The notes: generated by a model not told the origin, from the sequence alone. A stretch of DNA of 63,827 nucleotides from Planctomycetota bacterium (GCA_027001995.1 JALTLO010000133.1:1-63827); one strand, 5' to 3'. Shown: positions 37,877 through 47,723, counted from the stretch's first letter. Translations and numbers: made by a program.

Positions 37877-39040
37877 ATGGATTTTCAACTGAGCGAAGAA
37901 CTGCTGCAGCTTCAGGCCGAAGCCAAGCAGGTAGCCGAAGAACTGATAGCGCCTGGTGCTCGAGATCGAGACGAGAACAAGGTTTTTCCCCATGATCTCC
38001 TCAAGATCTGTGGAGACAAAGGTTGGATGGGCTGTTTGGTGCCCAAAGAATTTGGCGGCAGTGATATCGGCAACCTGGGGCAAGCGGTTGTCTTAGAAGA
38101 AGTCGCGGCAGCTTGTGCCAGCACTCACGTAACAGTCAGTGTTCACAATTCATTGATGTCGACGCCCATGAAGAAATATGCCTCTGCTGAATTGCAAGCG
38201 AAATATCTTCCTCAAGTGGCCAGTGGAGCTTGGTTGGGCGCCTACCTCCTGACTGAACCAGGGGCAGGAAGTGATGCTGCATCGTTGAAAACGACTGCCG
38301 TTGAGGATGGGGATAGCTTCGTCATCAATGGTGACAAAATGTGGATCACAACTGGGGATGAAGCTCGCTTGGGAATCGTTTTCGCCAGAACAGAGTTGGA
38401 CGAGAGCATACGAGGCCCCAAAGCTATCTCCGCCTTCGTCGTTGATTTTGAGGAGTCTGGTGGCGTCACCTTTGGCAAGCGTGAACCCAAGTTGGGTATT
38501 CGCGGTAGTAGCACGGTGGCCGTTTTCCTGAAGGACGTGCGCGTTCCTAAGGGCAATCTTTTGGGTGAAAGAGGCCGAGGGTTCAACATAGCCATGGATC
38601 TCCTCAACGGAGGTCGCATTGGTATTGCTATTCAAGCCATCGGCATAGGGCGTGCTTCATTCGAACATGCCTTAGGCTTGGTCGGTTCCCTTGAGCGCGC
38701 TGGGAAGCCCATGACCAAGAGCCAAATCGTTCAGTTCAGACTGGCCGACATGGCAACACGCCTGGACGCTGCCCGCTTACTCGCCCTCAGGGCGGCCGTC
38801 CTCAGGGACAATAATGAACCACACATTAAAGAAGCGTCCATGGCCAAGCTTTATGCTTCGACAATCGCGAATCAAGTTTGCCGCGAGGTTTGTGAACTTC
38901 TGGGAGACGCCGGAATTCGTGACGATGGAATCGCTGAACGTTTGTTGCGAGATTGTCGGGTGAGCGAACTGTACGAAGGAACAACAGAAGTCCAGAAACT
39001 CGTCATCGCCAAGCAACTCTTCGCAGATTGCGAGGCATAA
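37877..39040 (+). CDS. Acyl-CoA dehydrogenase (catalytic Glu present)
   Basis: LTEPGAGSD; NGDKMWIT; KLGIRGS; GRIGIA; LYEGT.EVQ. Confidence 0.93.
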   Translation: MDFQLSEELLQLQAEAKQVAEELIAPGARDRDENKVFPHDLLKICGDKGWMGCLVPKEFGGSDIGNLGQAVVLEEVAAACASTHVTVSVHNSLMSTPMKKYASAELQAKYLPQVASGAWLGAYLLTEPGAGSDAASLKTTAVEDGDSFVINGDKMWITTGDEARLGIVFARTELDESIRGPKAISAFVVDFEESGGVTFGKREPKLGIRGSSTVAVFLKDVRVPKGNLLGERGRGFNIAMDLLNGGRIGIAIQAIGIGRASFEHALGLVGSLERAGKPMTKSQIVQFRLADMATRLDAARLLALRAAVLRDNNEPHIKEASMAKLYASTIANQVCREVCELLGDAGIRDDGIAERLLRDCRVSELYEGTTEVQKLVIAKQLFADCEA

Positions 39041-39049
39041 AGGTATCTC

Positions 39050-40171
39050 ATGAAAAGCACATACTTCTATCCAGCTCCCAGTGAAGACCAGCAGATGATT
39101 CTCGATTTGGTTGTCGGTTTCGCCAAGGACGAATTGACTTCCTTAGCGGAGGCAATCGATCACCAAGGGGAGATCCCCCAGGCACTTCAGGAGCAGATGG
39201 CAGAAATGGGCCTCCTCGCCATCCCTATCAGTGAAGACAACGGCGGTGCCGGATTCGACTTCACCAGTTACGTTCTTTCCTTGGCAGAAATTGCCAAAGC
39301 TTCGGGTACTGTAGCCATGCACTTGGCCAACCAAACAACATTCTTTTTGGAACCTCTCGCCCAATTTGCAACAGGGCACAGGGCTTTCGACGAAGTGGCA
39401 AGCGGTGGGGCACTGGGAGCATTAGCTCTTCTCGAAGACGCAGGGAGTTTCTCTGGGGAAGGCATTCAAACTTCTGCGGACGGTCTCAAACTCTCTGGTC
39501 AAAAATCAGGAGTTTTGGGCGGGGAGGATGCCAAGTGGATCTTGGTGGGGGCGAAAGAAGGGGATGGAATCTCATTTTTCGCATTTGAAAAGGATCGGGC
39601 TGGAACCTACCTTTCCGAGACTTCTAAGCGCCTGGGATTTAGATCGCTCTCTAGCAGCACTCTTACTTTCGAAAATGTCACCCTGAGCGATGAAGACCGA
39701 GTCGGACAGGCTGGGGATGGTGCTGCGATCTTGGCTTTTCTTCACACGAGAGGACTGGTTGCCCTCACGGCCATTGCCGCCGGTATCGCAGATGCCGCCG
39801 GTGAGGCGGCGGCCCAATATGCCACAGAAAGAAAGCAATTTCGGCGGGCCATTTCTGAATTCGAAGCGATCAAACAGCGTTTGGCATCCTCAGTTTTGGC
39901 CCATGGAGCATCCATGAGCTTACTGTTGTCCTGCTCCCGTATGATCGACGATGGAATCCCCTGTGATCAATTGGCGAGAGTGGCCAAAGTGACGGCAACT
40001 TCGGGAGCGTTAGAAGCCACCGACGACGCTCTTCAGGTTTACGGGGGCTACGGATTCAGTCAGGAGTATCCAGCAGAGCGCTTCTACCGGGATGCGTGCT
40101 GCTTGGGCGTCTTCCTCGGGGGGAATGACGACAGCATTCAAGAATTGGCCATGACAATTCTGCCCCAGTGA
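39050..40171 (+). CDS. Acyl-CoA dehydrogenase family protein, degenerate (no catalytic Glu)
   Basis: ERKQF and QVYGGYG..EYP.ER.YRDA are present, but YEG is replaced by FLG. Confidence 0.88.
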   Translation: MKSTYFYPAPSEDQQMILDLVVGFAKDELTSLAEAIDHQGEIPQALQEQMAEMGLLAIPISEDNGGAGFDFTSYVLSLAEIAKASGTVAMHLANQTTFFLEPLAQFATGHRAFDEVASGGALGALALLEDAGSFSGEGIQTSADGLKLSGQKSGVLGGEDAKWILVGAKEGDGISFFAFEKDRAGTYLSETSKRLGFRSLSSSTLTFENVTLSDEDRVGQAGDGAAILAFLHTRGLVALTAIAAGIADAAGEAAAQYATERKQFRRAISEFEAIKQRLASSVLAHGASMSLLLSCSRMIDDGIPCDQLARVAKVTATSGALEATDDALQVYGGYGFSQEYPAERFYRDACCLGVFLGGNDDSIQELAMTILPQ

Positions 40172-40272
40172 AAAGAATGGGGTTTTTCACCGATAGATTC
40201 GACGAGAGCGCCTGTCTCTTTGCCAGAGAAAACGTATGATCTAACGATCGTGTCCAAAGGAGCAGAAGTGAG

Positions 40273-41130
40273 ATGAGAATTGGCGCCTACTTTGTTGTGC
40301 CCTTGTTCGAAGGTCAGATCCTGAGAGATGGTGGCGTGACTTTTGGAGCTATTCCAAAGGCACAATGGACCACTTTAGCTACACCCAACGAACAGAATCT
40401 CATCACTATGGGACTTTGCAGTTTTCTCGTCCAAGGACATGGGGTCAACATCCTGGTGGACACCGGCATCGGGAGTAAATTGAGTTCTGACTTCGAGAGC
40501 AAAGAAGGCATTCTTCGCCGCGCCCATCTGGAAGAACTTCTAGCCCAAGTTGATATTTCCTTTGCCGATATCGACGTGGTGGTCGTCACCCACTTGCATT
40601 TTGCTTCCGCTGGAGGCCTCACACGCATGAATGAAGAAGGAGCTTTGGAGCCATCCTTTCCAAAGGCTCGCATTGTCGTTCAAAAAGATGAGTGGGAGCA
40701 TGGCATTCACACTAATCTTCGTACCCGGCGACTCTATAATAAAGAGAATTACGAAGCTCTCCTTTGGCACCAGCAGTTGGAGCTTATCGAGGGTGATGTG
40801 CAATTGTTTCCCGGGTTTTGGGTGCGTTTGACCGGAGGCCATACCGAGCATCACCAGATTGTTCAGATCGAATCAGAAGACGAAGGTGCTATCTTTTTCG
40901 GTGACTTGATCCCAAGCGTCAACCATCTTCCACTCAATGTCATCAGTAGTCTTGATTCCTTTCCCATGACGACAATGGACAAGAAGGCTGAGTGGCTGAA
41001 TGTCTGCATCAAGAACCATTGGGTTGCCTTCTTCTCCCATGACGAAGCGGTCGCGGGTGCGCAGATCACAGGTTCGATCAGGGGACCTGAAGGGTTGACC
41101 ATTGATACTCTTCTCAACCATCCACGTTGA
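40273..41130 (+). CDS. MBL-fold hydrolase, YtnP-like, with an altered metal motif
   Basis: DGG..FG.IP; LVDTGIG; THLHFASAGG; TGGHT.HHQ; GDLIP; F.HD. Confidence 0.88.
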   Translation: MRIGAYFVVPLFEGQILRDGGVTFGAIPKAQWTTLATPNEQNLITMGLCSFLVQGHGVNILVDTGIGSKLSSDFESKEGILRRAHLEELLAQVDISFADIDVVVVTHLHFASAGGLTRMNEEGALEPSFPKARIVVQKDEWEHGIHTNLRTRRLYNKENYEALLWHQQLELIEGDVQLFPGFWVRLTGGHTEHHQIVQIESEDEGAIFFGDLIPSVNHLPLNVISSLDSFPMTTMDKKAEWLNVCIKNHWVAFFSHDEAVAGAQITGSIRGPEGLTIDTLLNHPR

Positions 41131-41230
41131 AATCTCGAGGTTGGGTCGAGGTGCCATGAGACTTCATTCTGTCAACAAGTGAGCGAGGCGAGCATCCGTC
41201 CTTGGAATGACATTTGAGATTTAGCTCTTA

Positions 41231-42148
41231 TTAGAATTCCACCGTCATCAGATCTTGTGCGAGAACTAAGTCGGGGAAGATTTCTTGCCCTTCATCTAGC
41301 AGCCCCTTCAACTTTTCCCGATCGTAGCGCGTTGAAAAGTGAGTGGCAACAAAGCGCTTGGCTCCAGCCGCTTTGGCCACAGCACATGCTTCTCGAATCG
41401 TTGCGTGCTTACGCTCTTGGGCAAGATGATGAAACTCGTCGCCATAGGTTGACTCATGAATCAGAAGGTCGACATGAGAAGCCAACCGCTTGGCACCTAA
41501 GCACAGGGTCGTATCCGTGCAGTAGGCGAAACTTTGCCCTGGTTTTGGAGGCCCCACGAGATCGGAAGGGGACACGGAACGGCCATCTTTGAGAGTGATG
41601 GTTTCGCCACGCAAAAGTTGTCCTCGCTCTGGGCCAAAAGGAACTCCAATCTCGTCGGCTTTTGAAGCATCAAAGGATCCCAATCTTGGTTTCTCTTCGA
41701 GACGGTAACCGTGAGTCGGAAGGCGATGGTCCAGAGGCTCAGTCAAGATTCGATACTCGGAAGTTTCGCCCAAGACACCCGAGAAACCTGGAGCAATTTC
41801 ATTCACTGTAATCGGAAATGTTTGGTGTTGACGACGAGGGAAATTCATCACGAAATCCACGTACTTTGCCAAACCTTTTGGGCCGAAAATTGTCAGAGGA
41901 GTTTCTCTTTGATTGAGACTCAGGGACGACAGAAGGCCGGGAAGACCATAGAAATGGTCGCCGTGCAAATGAGTAATCAAAATGGTGTTCAAGCGTCCCC
42001 GCTTTGCACTTGCTCTCATGAGCTGGTACTGGGTGCCCTCACCGCAATCGAAAAGCATCGACTCGCCTTCTCTTTCCAAGAGTGTGCCTGAAAGAGCGCG
42101 TTTGAATGTTGGAATGGCAGAGGATGTACCCAGAACTGTAATTCGCAT
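41231..42148 (-). CDS. rnz: Ribonuclease Z
   Basis: LGTSSAIPT; FDCGEGTQ; THLHGDH; GP-rich exosite; HESTY; THFSTRY. Confidence 0.96.
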   Translation of the reverse strand: MRITVLGTSSAIPTFKRALSGTLLEREGESMLFDCGEGTQYQLMRASAKRGRLNTILITHLHGDHFYGLPGLLSSLSLNQRETPLTIFGPKGLAKYVDFVMNFPRRQHQTFPITVNEIAPGFSGVLGETSEYRILTEPLDHRLPTHGYRLEEKPRLGSFDASKADEIGVPFGPERGQLLRGETITLKDGRSVSPSDLVGPPKPGQSFAYCTDTTLCLGAKRLASHVDLLIHESTYGDEFHHLAQERKHATIREACAVAKAAGAKRFVATHFSTRYDREKLKGLLDEGQEIFPDLVLAQDLMTVEF

Positions 42149-42346
42149 AGATTTGTCTAACACAAACAACGACAGGTAAAAGGTTTGAGGCTATTTGTCA
42201 GCGATTTCCTGCGCTTTATTCTCCCCTATGACCTTGTTAGAATCCGCCTCCTGACCCAGCTGAGTGACACAGTGGCAGCAATCCATGACGTCACGTTTAG
42301 GCGGTCAACAAAAGACAGCATCCACACAAGACGAGGTCGAAAAACG

Positions 42347-43525
42347 ATGACAAAGGCAGTCATAACTCATGCTTTGCGCACACCGATCGGCAAGTTCATG
42401 GGATGTTTCAATGAACTCACAAGCGTCGATTTAGGCGTTGCCGTCGTCCAACCTCTGCTGTCCGCGGCCAAGATGGAAGCGGACCGCGTGGACCAACTTA
42501 TTTTTGGCAATGGTCGTCAAGCCGGTGCCGGTCCCAACCCAGCCAGACAAATTGCCATCAAGAGCGGCATTGATCAGCGTGTTGTCGCGTACACCATGAA
42601 CATGGCTTGCGCATCTGGCCTCAAGAGCATCGCATTGGCAGCCCAAGCCATCGAGTTGGGGGAAGCAAACGTCGTCGTAGCGGGTGGCACAGAGAGCATG
42701 AGCCGCTTGCCCTACATCTTGCCTAAGGCCCGGGATGGTTACCGTTTGGGGCATGCCCCTTTGGTTGACGCCATGTATCAAGACGGTTTTCAATGCCCCT
42801 TAGCTGATCAACTTATGGGAGCGACTGCAGAAAACCTCGTTGAGAAGTATGGACTGACTCGTTTGCAACAAGACAAGTATGCGGCGACTTCCCAAAACCG
42901 CAGTGAAGATGCTCGGGCTAAGAATCTCTTTGATGATGAAATCGTGCCTGTCACGTTTACTTCCCGCCGTAAAGAAATCACGATTGATGCCGACGAGCAT
43001 GTTCGTGACGGTGTGAAAGCTGAAAGTTTGGCAAAACTCAAACCGGTTTTTAAGTCCGACGGTTCTGTCCACGCCGGCAACAGTTCGGGTATTACGGACG
43101 GCGCCGCCGCTCTGCTTCTCATGTCTGAATCTGAAGCCAAGTCGCGGGGCCTCGACATCTTAGCCTACGTTGAAGGTGCAGCGGCTGCAGGGGTCGACCC
43201 GAAAATCATGGGCATCGGGCCAATCCCAGCTACAGAGAAACTCAACCAAAACCTGGGCTTAGGATTGAGTGACTATGATCTTATTGAACTGAACGAAGCC
43301 TTCGCTGCTCAAGCGTTGGCTTGTCTGAAAGAATGGGGCATTGACAACGAACGCGTCAATGTGAATGGTGGGGCCATTTCTTTGGGGCATCCCATTGGTG
43401 CCACCGGGGCCAGGATCGTCGTCACCCTTCTTCACGAAATGAAAAGACGTCAATCGAAACGAGGCTTAGCTACCCTATGCGTAAGCGGGGGTCTAGGTAT
43501 GTCCATGTCTTTCCTAAGAAACTAA
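42347..43525 (+). CDS. Thiolase 2
   Basis: NMACASG; NEAFA; GHPIGATG; LCVSGG. Confidence 0.95.
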   Translation: MTKAVITHALRTPIGKFMGCFNELTSVDLGVAVVQPLLSAAKMEADRVDQLIFGNGRQAGAGPNPARQIAIKSGIDQRVVAYTMNMACASGLKSIALAAQAIELGEANVVVAGGTESMSRLPYILPKARDGYRLGHAPLVDAMYQDGFQCPLADQLMGATAENLVEKYGLTRLQQDKYAATSQNRSEDARAKNLFDDEIVPVTFTSRRKEITIDADEHVRDGVKAESLAKLKPVFKSDGSVHAGNSSGITDGAAALLLMSESEAKSRGLDILAYVEGAAAAGVDPKIMGIGPIPATEKLNQNLGLGLSDYDLIELNEAFAAQALACLKEWGIDNERVNVNGGAISLGHPIGATGARIVVTLLHEMKRRQSKRGLATLCVSGGLGMSMSFLRN

Positions 43526-43571
43526 ACTCAACCGCGCTTCGGCGTGTTCCAACTTGACAAAGGAGAATCTC

Positions 43572-44033
43572 ATGTCTGCATCGAAAGCAACGATCGTCAC
43601 CAACAAAGGAACCATCGAAATTGACCTCTGGCCAGACCGTGCTCCGAATCACGTCGACAACCTGAAGAAACTTGCCGACAAAAAGTTCTACGATGGCCTG
43701 ATTTTTCATCGGGTCATTCCAGGATTCATGATTCAAGGCGGATGCCCGGACGGAACTGGGATGGGTGGCCCTGGATACAACATCGATGCCGAATTCACAG
43801 ATGCCATGTTCACCAAAGGTGTCTTAGGAATGGCACGTTCTATGGATCCCAACAGTGCCGGCTCCCAATTCTTCATTTGCACAGATGATGCGGTTCACTT
43901 GAATGAACAGTACACCGCATTCGGCAAAGTAAGTGCTGGCGAAGACGTTGTCGATGCTATTGCCAGCGTCTCCAAGAATGGCCAAGACAAGCCAGATGAA
44001 GACATCATCATTGAAACCTTCACTGTTAGCTGA
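43572..44033 (+). CDS. Cyclophilin-type peptidyl-prolyl isomerase
   Basis: FYDGLIFHRVIPGFMIQGG; MAR; SAGSQFFI; YTAFG; AGGAG RBS. Confidence 0.96.
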   Translation: MSASKATIVTNKGTIEIDLWPDRAPNHVDNLKKLADKKFYDGLIFHRVIPGFMIQGGCPDGTGMGGPGYNIDAEFTDAMFTKGVLGMARSMDPNSAGSQFFICTDDAVHLNEQYTAFGKVSAGEDVVDAIASVSKNGQDKPDEDIIIETFTVS

Positions 44034-44043
44034 AGAGGCAACT

Positions 44044-44838
44044 ATGTCAGACTACAAACATTTGTTGATCGAAGAATTCGATGGGGTTTTGGTCGTTCGT
44101 ATCAACAGGCCAAAGGTTCTGAATGCACTTTCTTCGGAGGTTCTTGAAGAAATAGCCCAGGTCTTTAGCAGATTCGAAAAGAACTCGAATTTGGGAGCGG
44201 CTTTATTGACTGGGGGAGACACGGGAAAGAAGCCCGCTTTTGCTGCGGGAGCCGACATCTCAGAAATGTCAGAACTCAGTGGCTACGAACTCCGAGCCCA
44301 TTCACTGGCTGGCCAAAAGGCCATGAACACCATCGAGCGAGCAAGTAAACCAGTCCTCGCAGCCATTCGTGGTTTCGCTCTGGGTGGCGGTCTCGAATTG
44401 GCCATGGCCTGCCATATGCGCTGGGCCAGCGAAAACGCAGTTTTGGGACAACCAGAAATCAATTTGGGCATCATCCCAGGGTTTGGCGGTAGTCAAAGAC
44501 TTCCTCGCTTGATTGGGAAAGGCAAGGCGCTTGAGCTCCTTCTCACGGGGGACAACATCAAGAGTGCCAGAGCCCTCGAACTTGGTTTGGTGGAAAGAGT
44601 CGTGTCGGACGATTCTCTTTTCGATGAAGCTTTGAGCTTCTGCAAAAAGCTAGCAAGCAAGGCACCCATCGCTCGCGCTCTGATCCTGGACAGTGTTAAC
44701 CGTGGTTTCGACATCGAGATCGACGATGCTTTGAATTTAGAAGCGGACCTGTTTGGTGTTGTTGGTGCGACACAGGACGTCAAGGAAGGCCTCAACGCCT
44801 TCTTGGAAAAAAGAAAACCCGAATACAAAGGGAACTAA
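44044..44838 (+). CDS. Enoyl-CoA hydratase (crotonase)
   Basis: NRPKVLNAL; FAAGADI; ALGGGLELA; QPEINLGIIPGFGG (both catalytic Glu present). Confidence 0.95.
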   Translation: MSDYKHLLIEEFDGVLVVRINRPKVLNALSSEVLEEIAQVFSRFEKNSNLGAALLTGGDTGKKPAFAAGADISEMSELSGYELRAHSLAGQKAMNTIERASKPVLAAIRGFALGGGLELAMACHMRWASENAVLGQPEINLGIIPGFGGSQRLPRLIGKGKALELLLTGDNIKSARALELGLVERVVSDDSLFDEALSFCKKLASKAPIARALILDSVNRGFDIEIDDALNLEADLFGVVGATQDVKEGLNAFLEKRKPEYKGN

Positions 44839-44841
44839 GCC

Positions 44842-46047
44842 ATGAAGAAAATTGTCATTGTTGGCGGTAAACGCACGCCGATGGCCGAATATTGCGGGAC
44901 CCCTGGATTCGGAAAGCTGAAAGACCTATCAGCCAATGAGCTGGGAGCAATTGCCATCAAAGCTGCCATGGAAGACGCCGGTGTGAATCCCGATGCTGTT
45001 GACCACGTTGTCATGGGGAATGCCATGCAGACATCGGTAGATGCCCACTATGGTGCCCGCCATGCTGCACTCAAGGCGGGAATACCCATTGAAACTCCGG
45101 CCCTCACAGTCAATCGAATTTGCGGCAGTGGTGTACAATCGTTGGTCAATGCCGCTCAGATGTTGATCTTGGGCGATGCGACTCTGACGGTCGCTGGAGG
45201 CATGGAAAACATGTCTCAAGCGCCATTCTGTGTCTACGGGAACAAGGTACGCCAAGGTGTTCGTTTCGGCACCGAACCTAAGATGCAGGACTATTTGTTC
45301 TCCGGTCTGCGTGATTCCTTCTGCGACACCTTCATGGCACAAACCGCTGACAATGCGGCGCAGAACGCCGAAGTGACACGGGAAGAGTGTGATGCTTTTG
45401 CTCTTCGATCTCATGAACTCGGAGCAAAAGCTGTTGCCAGTGGCATCTTCGCTGAAGAGATTGCCCCGGTCACCATCAAGCGAGGAAGAAAAGAAGTCGT
45501 TGTGGACCAAGATGACCACATCAAGCCAGACACGTCATTAGAGGGACTCGCACGCTTGCGTCCAGCCTTTGGTGAAGGGGGATTGGTTACGGCTGGGAAC
45601 GCTTCTGGAATTGTGGACGGTGCCGCCGCTTTGGTCGTCACTACTGAGGATGTAGCCAAGGAAAAAGGGCTCAAAACGCGGGCAGTCATCCGTGGTTGGG
45701 CTATTGTCGGGTTAGACCCAAAGCTCATGTCCTTGGGCCCGGTTCCTGCGATTGAAAAATTGTGGGCCAAGACTGGCGTCGGACGAGATGAGATTGATCT
45801 CTATGAAATCAACGAGGCCTTTGCGCCTCAGTATCTTGCATGTGAAAAAGCTCTCGGGCTCGATCGCAACAAAGTCAATGTCAATGGCGGCGCCATCGCT
45901 TTGGGACATCCACTGGGTGCCACAGGCACGCGCATGCTTTTGACTCTCACTCATGAATTAGAACGTCGATCCGCTCGCTATGGCGTAGCCGCTGCCTGTA
46001 TTGGTGGTGGCCAAGGTATCGCCATGTTGATCGAACGCGAAAGCTAA
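44842..46047 (+). CDS. Thiolase 3 (3-ketoacyl-CoA thiolase)
   Basis: NRICGSG; NEAFA; GHPLGATG; ACIGGGQG. Confidence 0.95.
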   Translation: MKKIVIVGGKRTPMAEYCGTPGFGKLKDLSANELGAIAIKAAMEDAGVNPDAVDHVVMGNAMQTSVDAHYGARHAALKAGIPIETPALTVNRICGSGVQSLVNAAQMLILGDATLTVAGGMENMSQAPFCVYGNKVRQGVRFGTEPKMQDYLFSGLRDSFCDTFMAQTADNAAQNAEVTREECDAFALRSHELGAKAVASGIFAEEIAPVTIKRGRKEVVVDQDDHIKPDTSLEGLARLRPAFGEGGLVTAGNASGIVDGAAALVVTTEDVAKEKGLKTRAVIRGWAIVGLDPKLMSLGPVPAIEKLWAKTGVGRDEIDLYEINEAFAPQYLACEKALGLDRNKVNVNGGAIALGHPLGATGTRMLLTLTHELERRSARYGVAAACIGGGQGIAMLIERES

Positions 46048-46060
46048 GACAGGAAAAAAG

Positions 46061-47113
46061 ATGACATATAAAATTGCAGTAATTGCTGGAGACGGCATCG
46101 GTCCTGAGGTTGTTGACGAAGGACTCAAGGTGCTTCGCTGCGTAGCCGACATGGAGGGATTTAATTTTGAGACCAAAGATTATCCATGGGGGGCTGAGCA
46201 CTATCTAAAGACAGGGGAGACTCATCCCGAGTCCGCCTATTCTGAATATCGTGAGATGGACGCCATCCTCTTGGGCGCCATCGGTGACCCTCGGATTGAA
46301 GTAGGTTTGCTCGAGCGCGAGATTATTGCTGGGGTTCGCTTTACCTTGGACCTCTTCGTAAATCTTCGTCCCATCAAGTGCATGGCTGACCATATTTGTC
46401 CTATCAAGAACAAAAAAGCGTCTGACATCGACATGGTCGTGGTGCGCGAGAATACGGAGGGTGCTTACTCCCAAGTGGGAGGCATTTTCAAAAAGGGAAC
46501 CAAAGAGGAAGTGGCCATTGCGGAAATGATCTACACACGCCACGGTGTAGAACGTGTCATCCGTTATGCCTATGAACTCGCTATGACTCGGCCTCGGAAG
46601 CAGTTAACACTCTGCGACAAGGCCAATGCCATTCGTCCCCAAGACCTTTGGACCCGTGTCTTCGAAGAAGTTGGCAAGGAGTATCCGGAAATCACCACCG
46701 ACCACGCTTATGTGGATGCTGCTTGCATGTGGATGATCAAGAATCCTGAAGCTTTTGACACGGTAGTGACCACAAACCTCTTTGGTGACATCATCACCGA
46801 TTTAGGTTCTGTTCTTCAAGGGGGAATGGGGGTTGCTGCTTCTGGAAATATCAATCCTTCTGGGGTCTCGATGTTCGAGCCGATTCATGGTTCTGCGCCT
46901 AAATACAAGGGCCAAAACAAGGCCAACCCGATTGCCACAGTTGCAGCGGTTGCCATGCTCTTGGATCATTTGGGAGAGACTTCCTCTGCACGGAAGATTG
47001 AGGCGGCCATTGAGCACCTTATCGTGAGCAAGGAAATCCCTGATTTGTCTTCGAGAAGTGGTCTTAAGACCAGCGAAATCGGCGACATGATTTGCGAGAC
47101 TCTGAAGAAATGA
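46061..47113 (+). CDS. leuB: 3-isopropylmalate dehydrogenase / beta-decarboxylating dehydrogenase
   Basis: GDGIGPEV; NLRP; RENTEG.Y; NLFGDIITD; FEPIHGSAP. Substrate specificity is uncertain because leuCD is not adjacent. Confidence 0.75.
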   Translation: MTYKIAVIAGDGIGPEVVDEGLKVLRCVADMEGFNFETKDYPWGAEHYLKTGETHPESAYSEYREMDAILLGAIGDPRIEVGLLEREIIAGVRFTLDLFVNLRPIKCMADHICPIKNKKASDIDMVVVRENTEGAYSQVGGIFKKGTKEEVAIAEMIYTRHGVERVIRYAYELAMTRPRKQLTLCDKANAIRPQDLWTRVFEEVGKEYPEITTDHAYVDAACMWMIKNPEAFDTVVTTNLFGDIITDLGSVLQGGMGVAASGNINPSGVSMFEPIHGSAPKYKGQNKANPIATVAAVAMLLDHLGETSSARKIEAAIEHLIVSKEIPDLSSRSGLKTSEIGDMICETLKK

Positions 47114-47137
47114 GCCATTGAGGCTTAATGCGATGGG

Positions 47138-47175
47138 AAGGCCGAGACGTTCAGGTGAATTTCTCGGCCTTTTCT
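47138..47175 (+). terminator. Rho-independent terminator
   Basis: AAGGCCGAGA...TCTCGGCCTT followed by TTCT. Confidence 0.75.
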
Positions 47176-47344
47176 ATGTCCATGACGCTCCATTGCCTGG
47201 TACTTTATTCAGGCCCTGAGCGACTTGTCTCAAGGGCGGCGTTCTAACTCTGTGGGGATTACGGGGTTAGAGAATCTCATAAGATTCCATTTGTTCTGGG
47301 TTTTTCTTTGGCGCGATTGCCTCCACTCTGATATGATCAGCGCC

Positions 47345-47373
47345 GTGCAACCGACATAACTTGATTCTATAAT
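47345..47373 (+). promoter_or_regulatory. Candidate sigma70 promoter of the small ORF
   Basis: GTGCAA-N17-TATAAT. Confidence 0.45.
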
Positions 47374-47511
47374 TCCACTTACGAATGCTAAATAATTGCA
47401 GTTGAGGTTCCTATTGACCCTTCAAGACATGGGTCTTAGCTGCATCGTTCTTGGGTTTTGCGATGAAACTGTGGCGGTCGTTCCCTCTCACATCCTCCTA
47501 TTAAAGGGAAA

Positions 47512-47703
47512 ATGGGCATGGAAACACGTTTCGAGTGCATCTTCGAAGGTAAGAAGATCTTTCAGGTGGTGAAGAACGCAACGCCGCTCTTCACCGGGAC
47601 ATGGGCTCAATGTGAACGCTTTAAAGACGTTTACAATGAGAAAGTAACCAAGAGTCGATTCCGCAATCGTCGCCACTCAGAGCGGCTGAAGGCGCAAGCC
47701 TAA
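47512..47703 (+). CDS. Small basic hypothetical protein (61-63 aa)
   Basis: AAGGG RBS, upstream promoter-like motif and its own terminator. Confidence 0.6.
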   Translation: MGMETRFECIFEGKKIFQVVKNATPLFTGTWAQCERFKDVYNEKVTKSRFRNRRHSERLKAQA

Positions 47704-47723
47704 AGGTCTGACGACCAAAATTG

